From: a virus
Taxonomy: Duplodnaviria > Heunggongvirae > Uroviricota > Caudoviricetes
DNA: 39,985 nt
IMG/VR virus record: IMGVR_UViG_2925939204_000007
Location: 1-39,985 of that record
Reading direction: 5' to 3' (one strand)
Positions within the stretch are counted from its first letter, which is position 1; the number at the start of each line of letters is the position of its first letter. The notes below the pieces were generated by a model. That model ran no database searches and was not told the DNA's origin. It worked only from the letters and a program-made list of their open reading frames with translations. A program made the translations under genes and the position numbers. Below, piece by piece: positions 1 to 8,278 of this stretch.

Positions 1-549
1 TCAGCTAGCTGGAAACTTTTTATACAGAGTTGAGAGCCCTACTCCATACGTTTTTGATACGCTTTGTCGTGATTCACCGGTTGCCATCCGCTCCCCCATT
101 TCCCGCCATTGCTCATCCGTGAACTTAGGCCTGCGACCACCAACTCGCCCTTTTGCCCTGGCTACGGCCAGCCCTGCTAAGGTACGTTCGCTATTAAGAT
201 CAGATTCATATTGTGCTGCGGAAAGGATGTTACGAAAGTTATAGCGGCCGCTGGCTGTTTTGAGATCCACGCCATCGGTAATACTGCGGAAGTTGATACC
301 CTTTTCCTGTAACTGCTGGAACATCAACAGCGCATGCAGAACGTTGCGGCCTATCCTGTCCAGCTTCCAGACCACCAGTTCATCCCCCGGCTGCATAGTG
401 GCGATCAGCCGTTTTAGAACCGGCCGATTCGATTTCCTCCCGCTGGCATGCTCTTCAAAAATTTTCTCACAACCCGCTGACTTGAGCGCCGTTAGTTGCA
501 ATTCAGTGTCCTGGTGGTTTGTTGATACTCGGGCATAACCGTAAATCAT
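1..549 (-). CDS. DNA invertase, serine recombinase of the Hin/Gin/Pin family
   Basis: ATG at 549 (the listed ORF start at 594 is an upstream extension); N-terminal MIYGYARVSTNHQ resolvase catalytic motif; C-terminal HTH (GESRQSVSKTYGVGLSTLYKKF); about 182 aa; stop TGA at 1-3; adjacent to an invertible tail-fibre segment. Confidence 0.9.
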   Translation of the reverse strand: MIYGYARVSTNHQDTELQLTALKSAGCEKIFEEHASGRKSNRPVLKRLIATMQPGDELVVWKLDRIGRNVLHALLMFQQLQEKGINFRSITDGVDLKTASGRYNFRNILSAAQYESDLNSERTLAGLAVARAKGRVGGRRPKFTDEQWREMGERMATGESRQSVSKTYGVGLSTLYKKFPAS

Positions 550-554
550 GGGAT

Positions 555-580
555 TTCTCCTGTTATGAAAACAGGAGAAA
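555..580 (-). promoter_or_regulatory. Perfect 10-bp inverted repeat (tttctcctgt / acaggagaaa) that includes the invertase Shine-Dalgarno; candidate RBS-sequestering hairpin
   Basis: Read directly: 555-564 tttctcctgt, loop tatgaa, 571-580 acaggagaaa; the AGGAGAAA SD for the ATG at 549 forms one arm; no T-run, so not a terminator. Confidence 0.4.
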
Positions 581-601
581 CGGCGAAGCATCACCAGATT
601 T

Positions 602-1090
602 TTGATGGTTATAAAAAAGGTTGGTTTGGGAGAAACGATAAATAAAGCCTCCGGAGCTATGCAGAAATCGGCTAATGGAGCTGATATTTCTGATGTATCA
701 GCCTTCCGAAATGCGCTCCAGTTAGGGACCGCCGCAACACGAGATGTTGGAGCAGATAATGCCTCGAAGTTACTGGATTTAGACAGCTTCAGGTCAATGA
801 TGTCAGGGAATGGCTACATCTACATTCCATGCATTGCGACGACAGGAAACCCGGTGAAACTTATGTTGCAGTGGGGAACGGTGGCAACACAAAAGGGAGC
901 TGATGCTGGATATGCCTTACCATTTGCTTTTCCCTATGCAGGCTTATTTGCGACCGGAAACCGTGGAACATCTGGCTACAATGCCGCGATGAATGTGCGT
1001 ATTGCCAGCAGAACGCATATCAGTATTCAGAACTGGTCGCCATCCGGAGAGGGCACCGAAGATTGTTGTTTTATCGCGCTGGGGTATTAA
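602..1090 (+). CDS. Alternative (silent-orientation) tail-fibre C-terminal variable segment
   Basis: Ends ...FIALGY like the expressed fibre (...FEAIGY); contains NALQLGTAATRDVGADN similar to ENLQLGEAAKRDVGTGN of the expressed fibre; begins at the inversion site so would fuse in frame to the fibre N-terminus after inversion; probably not independently expressed. Confidence 0.6.
   Translation: MMVIKKVGLGETINKASGAMQKSANGADISDVSAFRNALQLGTAATRDVGADNASKLLDLDSFRSMMSGNGYIYIPCIATTGNPVKLMLQWGTVATQKGADAGYALPFAFPYAGLFATGNRGTSGYNAAMNVRIASRTHISIQNWSPSGEGTEDCCFIALGY
609..634. repeat. Left recombination site of invertible segment (hix/gix-like 26 bp: TTATAAAAAAGG-TT-GGTTTGGGAGAA)
   Basis: Imperfect palindrome with 12-bp half-sites around a 2-bp core; reverse complement of the right half (TTCTCCCAAACC) matches the left half of the partner site at 2143-2168 over TTCTCCCAA; sits at the 5' end of the silent fibre segment. 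Confidence 0.6.
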
Positions 1091-1092
1091 GA

Positions 1093-1503
1093 ATGAATAA
1101 ATTTTATAAAGGCTCTTTCTATCCGAAAGCACTAAAAGAGGTATATATCAGCGCCGATTCATGGCCTGAAAATGGCGTTGATGTTGATGATGAAACAATG
1201 GCAATTTACACAGGCGTAGCGCCACAAGGCAAAACGCTGGGGGCTGATAAAAATGGTAATCCTGCGTGGATTGATATCCCGCCACTCTCCGCTGAACAAC
1301 AGATTATTCAGGCTGAACAGAAAAGAACGGTATTGCGTTCTATGGCTGATAAGGAAATAGCCTGGAGACAGGATGCTTTTGATGCGGAAATCGCGACGGC
1401 AGAAGAAACCGCCGCGTTATCTGAATGGAAAAAATACCGGGTCTTGCTGATGCGCGTTGATACAGCAAAACCCGTATGGCCTGTCAATCCGCAGGATATT
1501 TAA
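1093..1503 (+). CDS. Tail fibre assembly protein (Tfa), alternative orientation
   Basis: 136 aa; C-terminal EWKKYRVLLMRVDTAKPVWPVNP is the conserved Tfa C-terminal signature; follows the alternative fibre segment. Confidence 0.65.
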   Translation: MNKFYKGSFYPKALKEVYISADSWPENGVDVDDETMAIYTGVAPQGKTLGADKNGNPAWIDIPPLSAEQQIIQAEQKRTVLRSMADKEIAWRQDAFDAEIATAEETAALSEWKKYRVLLMRVDTAKPVWPVNPQDI

Positions 1504-1717
1504 CGGGGGCGTTGTAGGTGGTGACATATTCAAGCAGTTCTGTTGGATATGTCACCGTTGCTGCATCTCGCTCTACGTTAAATGTATCCGCTCCCCAGAT
1601 AACACACTCCCTCAAAAATGCCTCCACCTCTGGCGAGACTTCAACCGCATCATCAGGTCGCTCTTGTTCAGAAACATAAAAACCAACGGTCGTTGGGCTG
1701 AAATAGATATTCTCCAT
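1484..1717 (-). CDS. Small protein after the expressed tail-fibre gene (possible short tail-fibre chaperone)
   Basis: 77 aa, ATG at 1717 three nt after the fibre stop; AGGA upstream; lacks the conserved Tfa C-terminus, so function is uncertain; 3' end overlaps the convergent Tfa gene by 20 nt. Confidence 0.4.
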   Translation of the reverse strand: MENIYFSPTTVGFYVSEQERPDDAVEVSPEVEAFLRECVIWGADTFNVERDAATVTYPTELLEYVTTYNAPVKYPAD

Positions 1718-1719
1718 AT

Positions 1720-2493
1720 TTAGTATCCTATTGCTTCAAAATGCAGTGTCGGTGTTTCGCCGAGATTGGGTGTCGTATACGCCACAGTGAATCGCGTTCT
1801 TGATACGTCAGTGCCAGAATCAGTATCGCGATGCGTTGCCAGTGATTTTCCGGCCATTGTTGCCTGGGTCGAATAGCTGTAACTCGCTAGTGTTGCCAGC
1901 GTTGCTATTTGTGCATTTGGGAATTGTCTGGGGAAATTAACCCTGTAGTAATGGGTGTAGTACGTCACCCCACCAAGCACCTGCGCGTTGAAGCTACCAA
2001 CTGGTGTCAGTGTCACAGTGCCAGCCTGTCGAATCATACCATTTGGGAGAATATCCCAGGCAGTTTGTCCGTTTCGCGACATACCAAATGCGGACATGTC
2101 CGGGAGTTGATTATTACCGGTTCCGACATCCCGTTTTGCCGCTTCTCCCAATTGAAGGTTTTCGAGAGCCGTTTTCACCGTGCCATCCGATTTGATATCG
2201 CCAAACGGATTCTTGCGGCTCAGATATTCAACAGCAAACCCCGATCCCAGCAATTCAACAAAACCGGGCAGATCACCATTATCAAGCACATCCCGTTGCG
2301 TTTTATCACTTACAAACTGGGCCAGAGCTGCAGCAATAAAGCTGGCCTGCCGAATAACCTTATTGACTTGCGCACTGGATGCTTTCCCTGCTGTAAATCC
2401 GGATATAAGCGCGGGCAACGCTTCCCATTCCTCCTGCGATATAACATTGGCATTTCGATCCGTTGCAAACGCTTTAAAGTCATTTTTCGCCAT
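1720..2493 (-). CDS. Tail fibre protein (expressed orientation; constant N-terminus + invertible C-terminus)
   Basis: ATG at 2493 overlaps the upstream stop (ATGA); inversion site lies at the codons for ENLQLGE; glycine-rich variable C-terminus ending FEAIGY. Confidence 0.7.
   Translation of the reverse strand: MAKNDFKAFATDRNANVISQEEWEALPALISGFTAGKASSAQVNKVIRQASFIAAALAQFVSDKTQRDVLDNGDLPGFVELLGSGFAVEYLSRKNPFGDIKSDGTVKTALENLQLGEAAKRDVGTGNNQLPDMSAFGMSRNGQTAWDILPNGMIRQAGTVTLTPVGSFNAQVLGGVTYYTHYYRVNFPRQFPNAQIATLATLASYSYSTQATMAGKSLATHRDTDSGTDVSRTRFTVAYTTPNLGETPTLHFEAIGY
2143..2168. repeat. Right recombination site of invertible segment (TTCTCCCAATTG-AA-GGTTTTCGAGAG on + strand), inside the tail-fibre gene
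   Basis: Inverted relative to the 609-634 site; both sites sit in the same codon phase of their ORFs, so inversion gives an in-frame fusion. Confidence 0.6.
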
Positions 2494-3173
2494 CAGAGTA
2501 ATACTCCCCATGCTCCTACATCAAAACCACTGATGTATTCGTTATCAATATCAAACCCAAAGAATTTTGAGCCTTCGGACGGTGTTTCTACCGAAGGCGT
2601 TTCAACACCACCGGCCCATACACCAGCAGCTTTAACGGTGAGATAACCCTGTTTGATAGCGGCTATCAGTTCGAGTGACACATCAGAAATATCAGTCTCG
2701 GGAAAAACCCAGACCGATATCGTCATGTCCTGGTTATCGACGATCTGCATCTTCAGTCCAGAGCCTGCGGTAGCAGCGTCAAGGATGGGAGGCAGAGAGT
2801 CGTTCCGACCATCCCAGTTGTTGATAGCGATTTTCGCTTTCAGAATGATGCGGTACGTCTCATCACTCAGCGTCGTATAACCCGAATCCGGGTCATACGG
2901 CCCCTGCCAGACGCCCTGGTCATATCCGAGCCCGTCAGTGTCCCAGCTAAAATACACCCCGCTTATCGGCTGGCTGACGATGCGGCTTCGCCCAATCCAC
3001 AGGCCGAGGGTATCGAGTTGCACGCCAACCGCCGTATCGATATCGAAGGCTGTTACAAGCCCTGACATAGTGCTGGACACATCAATCAGCGGGCGGGTGC
3101 TCAGATCTATATGGTCAAAAAAGAGTGGCTTGGTAGCATGGTAGTTAGTGATCAGTTCGGTGTATTTGCTCAT
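2493..3173 (-). CDS. Baseplate/tail protein (Mu gp48-like position)
   Basis: 227 aa; ATG at 3173 overlaps the upstream stop (ATGA); sits between the J-like baseplate gene and the tail fibre. Confidence 0.5.
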   Translation of the reverse strand: MSKYTELITNYHATKPLFFDHIDLSTRPLIDVSSTMSGLVTAFDIDTAVGVQLDTLGLWIGRSRIVSQPISGVYFSWDTDGLGYDQGVWQGPYDPDSGYTTLSDETYRIILKAKIAINNWDGRNDSLPPILDAATAGSGLKMQIVDNQDMTISVWVFPETDISDVSLELIAAIKQGYLTVKAAGVWAGGVETPSVETPSEGSKFFGFDIDNEYISGFDVGAWGVLL

Positions 3174-4369
3174 GAGGTCACCGTGATAGTGACGTGACTC
3201 GCAACGCATGACGCAGATTCGTCATAAGCAATATCGATATTTCCGCTTGCGACTGAGTCAGAGGATTTGCCGATGAGCAGCTCCTGAATGTCGTAATAGC
3301 GAGCACTGCCTCCGCTTACCACGCCAAGGTTTGCCGGGGAATAAATACGACTCAGCAGAACGTCATCGCCAATTGCCAGGCCATTTATATAATCGGCAAC
3401 AGCCTGTTTAATCTGCTCGCCGATTTGAGAGGTATAGCCGGTAAAAACTTTCAGGGTAATGGCTACGAAAATTGGCACATCGGTAGAGCGCGAAAAACTG
3501 ATGACGTGTGGATTACCGTAAGTATCCGGCACCGTGACAGAAGTTTTACCGTAAGTTGCGGTTCCCTGCCCTTTACTCCCCCGGATTGTTTGGGCTATCT
3601 CGGTAACATCCCCTCCATCGACGATGGCGGAAATAGAGTGTGGCGGCAGCCCGTTGCTGTCGGTTGCCCCAGTGTCGTTCTCATATAGTTTGTGACGTGT
3701 CACGCCAGCAACATTAGCGATAGCACCGTCGACACCTTCAAACGGTGTGATCGATGGTAGCGCGACGCTTTGCCCCTGCCGAATGCGCAGCTCTGCGTCG
3801 GTTTCTGCTGGTGAACCGACAGTAGCCGCAGCCGGGTTGGTTACCGACACCCAGCCGCGAGTCGGTGTGTTAATGGTGGTGATAGTCCCGGCCATCGCCG
3901 CAACCGAACCGCTATTCGCACATGTGGCCGTCACCAGCACAGTACCATCAACGCCGATCGCTACACTTGCGGGAAAATTCCAGATAATGCCGTTTTTATC
4001 CCGTGCGGAGCCATTCGTGATAGTCGTGCCTGCCGTACCGGTTAACAGAAGGTCAGCAGTAGAGTTTGTCGCTACTTTTCGCGTGATCCCGTTAATTTTC
4101 ACATTGCTGCTAAGCGCTGCGGCCTGCGCTGTCGTCGGTGAAAACGAGTTGTAGATCTCGATAGCGGTATTGTTAGCATCATGCACAGCCAGAGCCACCA
4201 GCGCGACCATTTGCCCATCTTTGCTGTCTGGTTCGAGGTAGGCATCACTACCGTAAATCTGCCTGAAATAGCTGGTCAGTGTATCTAGGATTGTCTGGTA
4301 ATCAGGCGCACTAATCCCCTGGGCGGTTACCGTTGCCGATAGCCCCAGCGTGTCGAGGTTCAAAGCCAT
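3170..4369 (-). CDS. Baseplate J-like protein (Mu gp47-like)
   Basis: 399 aa; position and size typical of baseplate J family; abuts neighbouring genes without gaps. Confidence 0.7.
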   Translation of the reverse strand: MALNLDTLGLSATVTAQGISAPDYQTILDTLTSYFRQIYGSDAYLEPDSKDGQMVALVALAVHDANNTAIEIYNSFSPTTAQAAALSSNVKINGITRKVATNSTADLLLTGTAGTTITNGSARDKNGIIWNFPASVAIGVDGTVLVTATCANSGSVAAMAGTITTINTPTRGWVSVTNPAAATVGSPAETDAELRIRQGQSVALPSITPFEGVDGAIANVAGVTRHKLYENDTGATDSNGLPPHSISAIVDGGDVTEIAQTIRGSKGQGTATYGKTSVTVPDTYGNPHVISFSRSTDVPIFVAITLKVFTGYTSQIGEQIKQAVADYINGLAIGDDVLLSRIYSPANLGVVSGGSARYYDIQELLIGKSSDSVASGNIDIAYDESASCVASHVTITVTS

Positions 4370-4723
4370 TTATGCCTCGCTTGTTACAGTCGTCTGGCCG
4401 TAGATTGTGTCAATGGAGGAAGTGAAGGTGACGCGACGGCTGGTGCCGTCATAATTGGTATCGAAGGAAAGAATCGACAGAACGCCCGGTGTGTCCTGTA
4501 TGCGTTCACGTATAGCCAGGATGTAGACGTCAGATCGCTGTTTACCAAGCACCGACTGAACATACGGCGTGCCTTCCGTCAGATCGAGAAACCACTGACC
4601 GCGCCACAGCTCGAAGCGGGTTTTTACTGCCTGGGCGACACATTCCGGACTGTCGATAAGGAAAGTATCGTCACCCTGCCCGAAAGTGTAATCACCGTCG
4701 GCGTCTTCACGTCTGTATCGCAT
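4370..4723 (-). CDS. Baseplate protein (Mu gp46 / GPW-gp25-like)
   Basis: 117 aa, directly upstream of the J-like gene, as in Mu-like baseplate modules. Confidence 0.55.
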   Translation of the reverse strand: MRYRREDADGDYTFGQGDDTFLIDSPECVAQAVKTRFELWRGQWFLDLTEGTPYVQSVLGKQRSDVYILAIRERIQDTPGVLSILSFDTNYDGTSRRVTFTSSIDTIYGQTTVTSEA

Positions 4724-4726
4724 AAA

Positions 4727-4825
4727 TCACCACCAGCGTATAGCGCTAATAACGCTTGACAGACCGAATAAAAAGAACACGGCCCAGATGAGGAAGAATT
4801 TCCAGTTGGGTAGTTTTTCGCCCAT
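4727..4825 (-). CDS. Small hydrophobic peptide (32 aa, single predicted TM helix)
   Basis: Not in the ORF track (under 60 aa); ATG at 4825 with GGGAG 9 nt upstream; MGEKLPNWKFFLIWAVFFLFGLSSVISAIRWW; stop 4 nt before the next gene start. Confidence 0.3.
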   Translation of the reverse strand: MGEKLPNWKFFLIWAVFFLFGLSSVISAIRWW

Positions 4826-4896
4826 GACTCGCAACTCCCGTATCAGTTTGCTAAAATTAATCACATATTCTCCCTTGCTATCCTCAAGGTGCAGAA

Positions 4897-4943
4897 AGTA
4901 AAAAGCCCCGAAGTGTTAGCGCACCCGGGGCTTTTGTCTGTTT
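4897..4943. terminator. Bidirectional Rho-independent terminator-like hairpin between the spike gene and downstream baseplate genes
   Basis: GCCCCG ... CGGGGC stem (4905-4910 / 4926-4931) preceded by an A-run and followed by a T-run on the + strand. Confidence 0.5.
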
Positions 4944-4951
4944 GGTAGTTT

Positions 4952-5692
4952 TTAATTAGGCGCGGTAGTATTCCCGCTGCCATTCTGCACACCGCCATGG
5001 GTATGCTGGATGAGGCTCTTACCTCCAGCCTTCACATCGTTAGTCACCGTCACCGGCCCAAGCATCGTCGCAGTACCGCCACTTTCGCCCATTCCCTGAG
5101 ACAGATTGCCATTAATCGTTACGTTGCCGTTCAGCGTGATAGTCGGGGATGTGATTGTCGTTCCACCTTCAGCCGTAGCCGTGAGCTGGCCCGGTGTTTG
5201 AACGGTGATGTTATGTCCTGCGGCAACCTCTACGAACGCCGCACCATCATCGGTTCGCAGCTGCGCGGCGCTGGTACTGATACCGCTGATTTTCTGTGCT
5301 TGCGACTGCGGGCCAACGATGGCGAACGCATCAGATAAGTCATGCTGTCGCGGATCGACGGTCTCCTGAACGCCGCCGCTCTGCCACCAGAAATCGATGC
5401 AACGGTCGGCAAAGATCAGTAGGCACTCGTCGCCTTCTTTTACCGGAAAGGTCAGCGTGCAACCGCCGCCGCGCGGGAAGATAACCGGCACATCCACCAG
5501 CGGTTTTAATTCGGTGGAGCCATCGCCAACAATACCGCGAAGCGCTACCTCTACTGTGCAGGTAACAGTGTCAGGATCGAACGACTGAATGATGCCGGGC
5601 ATCGCTACGCGCATCTGGGTAGACACCGAATCGACAATGGCCTGCGCGGTCTGCTGCTCACCGCCGATCTGTGATTGAGTTGGAATTGGCAT
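4952..5692 (-). CDS. Baseplate central spike (gpV / Mu gp45-like)
   Basis: 246 aa; Gly/Thr-rich C-terminal region typical of spike beta-helix; GGAG RBS 7 nt upstream of the ATG at 5692. Confidence 0.7.
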   Translation of the reverse strand: MPIPTQSQIGGEQQTAQAIVDSVSTQMRVAMPGIIQSFDPDTVTCTVEVALRGIVGDGSTELKPLVDVPVIFPRGGGCTLTFPVKEGDECLLIFADRCIDFWWQSGGVQETVDPRQHDLSDAFAIVGPQSQAQKISGISTSAAQLRTDDGAAFVEVAAGHNITVQTPGQLTATAEGGTTITSPTITLNGNVTINGNLSQGMGESGGTATMLGPVTVTNDVKAGGKSLIQHTHGGVQNGSGNTTAPN

Positions 5693-5703
5693 AAAAACTC
5701 CAT

Positions 5704-5725
5704 AAAAAACCCACCGGATGGTGGG
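5704..5725 (-). terminator. Rho-independent terminator after the lipoprotein gene
   Basis: Stem CCCACC/GGTGGG (5710-5715 / 5720-5725), loop GGAT, followed on the - strand by a U6 run (A-run 5704-5709 on +). Confidence 0.5.
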
Positions 5726-5756
5726 TCTATAAAACAGAATATGAAACTGATACGGT

Positions 5757-6881
5757 TCAGTTCATACCAGCTCCTTTATAATTCTTACACGGTACAGCTA
5801 CAGTCACCATTTCTACGTATCCGTCATTGCCTTGTTTTTTACACATTGCGTTATGCATTACTGCAAGCCTAGCGGCATGATCAAAATCGATATAATTATT
5901 ACCAAATGAAGCCTCGCCGAGAGCTGCAACTTTCGTCATGTCTGGTGTGTTGGGGTCTTTTACCATTTTAGCAAAATTGCTTAGACCCCTACCAACCTGA
6001 TCAAAGCACTGAGCTTCTATATCGTAGCCTGAGTATGCTGAGATACGCTGACATTCAGATAGGTGTTCTTTTACTGATAAATTTATTCGATATAAAGTCA
6101 GGTAAGATTTCCCAACGTGTATATAAACTTTCATGGGGTTATTGGTATTGGGTGACCTTGTTACAAATGAAAGCTTACTATACGCATCCCTAAGAGACCG
6201 TGCTTTTTTACTGGAAAAAACATCACCAAGCCCTACAACTGGCACCTCTGGGTTTGCTTTATCCTGCGCGATGGCTTTTTCTTTTTCAATCTGACTTGAC
6301 TTAGATATAATTTGCGCTCTCATAGAGCTTATTTTGATTACGACTTCATTCCTTATTTTATATAAATCACTAACTGACTGTTTAAAGTCTTGCTCGCTAA
6401 TGCTGTTGAGGCCAAAATACTCACGTTCTTTTAAAAAGTCGCTATACACTTTAGAAACATGGTTAGGATCTGATAACGCACTAGATCCAAAGATAATTGA
6501 GTAGTTATTCAAAATATCAGCAACGGTTGAGTATCTAACAGATTTATCTTCTATTTTATAAGTCGATGGTGGATGCCCTACATAATCATGAATTGACAGA
6601 TAAAGCGCAGTTATACCAATTGGACTAGTATTGGCCTTTTCAACCACATCTTGAAATGTACAACCTTTAGGGCATAGTGATTCACCACCCTCATTCGCAG
6701 TTAATTTATCGTCCTCTAGAACGTAATTAATGGCCTGCACCCCAGCTTTAGAATGTATAATTTCAGTTTTCTGCTTTTGATACTCATTATTTAGTTGAGT
6801 TCTCTGAGCTAAACCACACCCTGAAATAAAGCTACAAACCATCCATATAAAAAAATATTTCTTAAATGTCATGTATTTCAT
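5757..6881 (-). CDS. Lipoprotein of unknown function (moron inside the baseplate operon)
   Basis: 374 aa; N-terminal signal peptide with lipobox (MKYMTFKKYFFIWMVCSFISGC); ATG overlaps the hub-gene stop (ATGA); markedly AT-rich (17 G/C in 60 nt at 6301-6360); followed by its own terminator. Confidence 0.75.
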   Translation of the reverse strand: MKYMTFKKYFFIWMVCSFISGCGLAQRTQLNNEYQKQKTEIIHSKAGVQAINYVLEDDKLTANEGGESLCPKGCTFQDVVEKANTSPIGITALYLSIHDYVGHPPSTYKIEDKSVRYSTVADILNNYSIIFGSSALSDPNHVSKVYSDFLKEREYFGLNSISEQDFKQSVSDLYKIRNEVVIKISSMRAQIISKSSQIEKEKAIAQDKANPEVPVVGLGDVFSSKKARSLRDAYSKLSFVTRSPNTNNPMKVYIHVGKSYLTLYRINLSVKEHLSECQRISAYSGYDIEAQCFDQVGRGLSNFAKMVKDPNTPDMTKVAALGEASFGNNYIDFDHAARLAVMHNAMCKKQGNDGYVEMVTVAVPCKNYKGAGMN

Positions 6882-7969
6882 CCGGTCCGATTAATAGTCG
6901 AGATACTTTGTAAATCTCGCGCCCCACGAGCAAAGCACATCAAATCCATGTACCACGCCTGACCTCTGGTGTCGCCAGTATAGTCGATAGCTTTGACGAT
7001 ATAAAAGCCATCCGTCGCAATGCTGGCTGGTTGACTGACAGTGCCGTTAACGACGAGATTACCATTCATGTCGCTCTCTTGCAGCTTTGGTGAGGGTATG
7101 ATATTTCCATTCTCGTCGTATTTGACCGCACGAAGATCTTCATTGTTTAACTGCGTTCGGTACACCGAAGCCTGATCGAGCTGGATAAGACCATTAATGC
7201 GGATGTTCGGGTTTATCAGGCACCGCACGTTTACGCCGCCGCCCATTGTCTGTTGCGGCATACCGATCAGGCCAGTATCGGCATTCAGCACGATGGCTTC
7301 GTGAATATATTTATCCTCCGGCACCATCTGGACCTGACCATCAACCAGTTGCCATGTCGCTTTGCACTGCGCAGCAATATTATCCATCACGTTACGGGTG
7401 GATGAGTAAATCGCACGGCCACGAGGAAACACGGTATCAGGAAAATCGCCGGTAATGCCCTGTGTCACGCCGAACGCGTTGAAATCCTGCATCGTCGCCC
7501 GGTGCAGGTCCGCAACGGTATAACCAGCGGCAAGCGTGGTGATGGTAGTCGCGTAGAGGAACGCTTCGTGGTTACTGATGGCCTGAATCAGCACCCAGGA
7601 ATCGGTGATGTTGTCCTTCCCGGTGACGGTGAAGCGAATATCACCGTCAAATATCAGGCCGTAGTTCTGACCGTTCACCTGCCCTACCTGGTCTGGTGAA
7701 ATCTCCCGGGCGACACCAACCTGGCTCGCATCAACATCCGGCGCAATACCGTCATACCCGGCAATGATGCGAATTTTTGCAAACTCCTGCCCCAGTATCT
7801 TGTTCGTGGTATCGGTCGAAAGGTTGTAAATTTTCACGTTCGCCACGCGTGGCCAGCGTGTGTCTGCCCACTCGATCTGGAACGTGACCTTAAAGTCAGA
7901 CAGGGAAACGCCCTGCCCGTTCTGGTCCAACAGTTGCAGCTCAAAATGGCGCATCCAGTTAAGAGACAT
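6878..7969 (-). CDS. Baseplate hub protein (Mu gp44 / P2 gpD-like)
   Basis: 363 aa; position between the tape-measure-proximal genes and the spike. Confidence 0.65.
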   Translation of the reverse strand: MSLNWMRHFELQLLDQNGQGVSLSDFKVTFQIEWADTRWPRVANVKIYNLSTDTTNKILGQEFAKIRIIAGYDGIAPDVDASQVGVAREISPDQVGQVNGQNYGLIFDGDIRFTVTGKDNITDSWVLIQAISNHEAFLYATTITTLAAGYTVADLHRATMQDFNAFGVTQGITGDFPDTVFPRGRAIYSSTRNVMDNIAAQCKATWQLVDGQVQMVPEDKYIHEAIVLNADTGLIGMPQQTMGGGVNVRCLINPNIRINGLIQLDQASVYRTQLNNEDLRAVKYDENGNIIPSPKLQESDMNGNLVVNGTVSQPASIATDGFYIVKAIDYTGDTRGQAWYMDLMCFARGARDLQSISTINRTG

Positions 7970-7971
7970 TT

Positions 7972-8277
7972 CTACTCCTGTACGAAAATGAGGTGGCTGT
8001 ATGTGCCGAGGTTGGTTTTGGTGGGCTCGTCTGGTGCGCCCTTATCGGTCGCCACCACCAGCGCGCCATCAATGCCAAGCTGTGGATATTGTCGTAAAAG
8101 GTTTACGCCGGTCAGTAGAGGTACGCCAGAGAGAAGCGCGGCACCGCCGCTATCCATCACGTCCATAATCCAGCCAGCCGCATCACGCCAGATGATCCTG
8201 AGTGTATACGTGGTATTGCCCAGCAAAACGCGGAACTGCTGATTGTCAGGAGAAAGCGGTATTTCGTTAAACTGCAT
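7972..8277 (-). CDS. Tail/baseplate assembly protein, function unassigned
   Basis: 101 aa, tightly packed within the tail operon. Confidence 0.4.
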   Translation of the reverse strand: MQFNEIPLSPDNQQFRVLLGNTTYTLRIIWRDAAGWIMDVMDSGGAALLSGVPLLTGVNLLRQYPQLGIDGALVVATDKGAPDEPTKTNLGTYSHLIFVQE

Positions 8278-8278
8278 A

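Noticed and set aside
260-538. 92-aa + strand ORF inside the invertase gene
   Set aside because: Antisense to a gene with unambiguous serine-recombinase motifs.
1909-2646. 245-aa + strand ORF across the tail-fibre gene
   Set aside because: Antisense shadow ORF spanning two - strand genes; no independent support.
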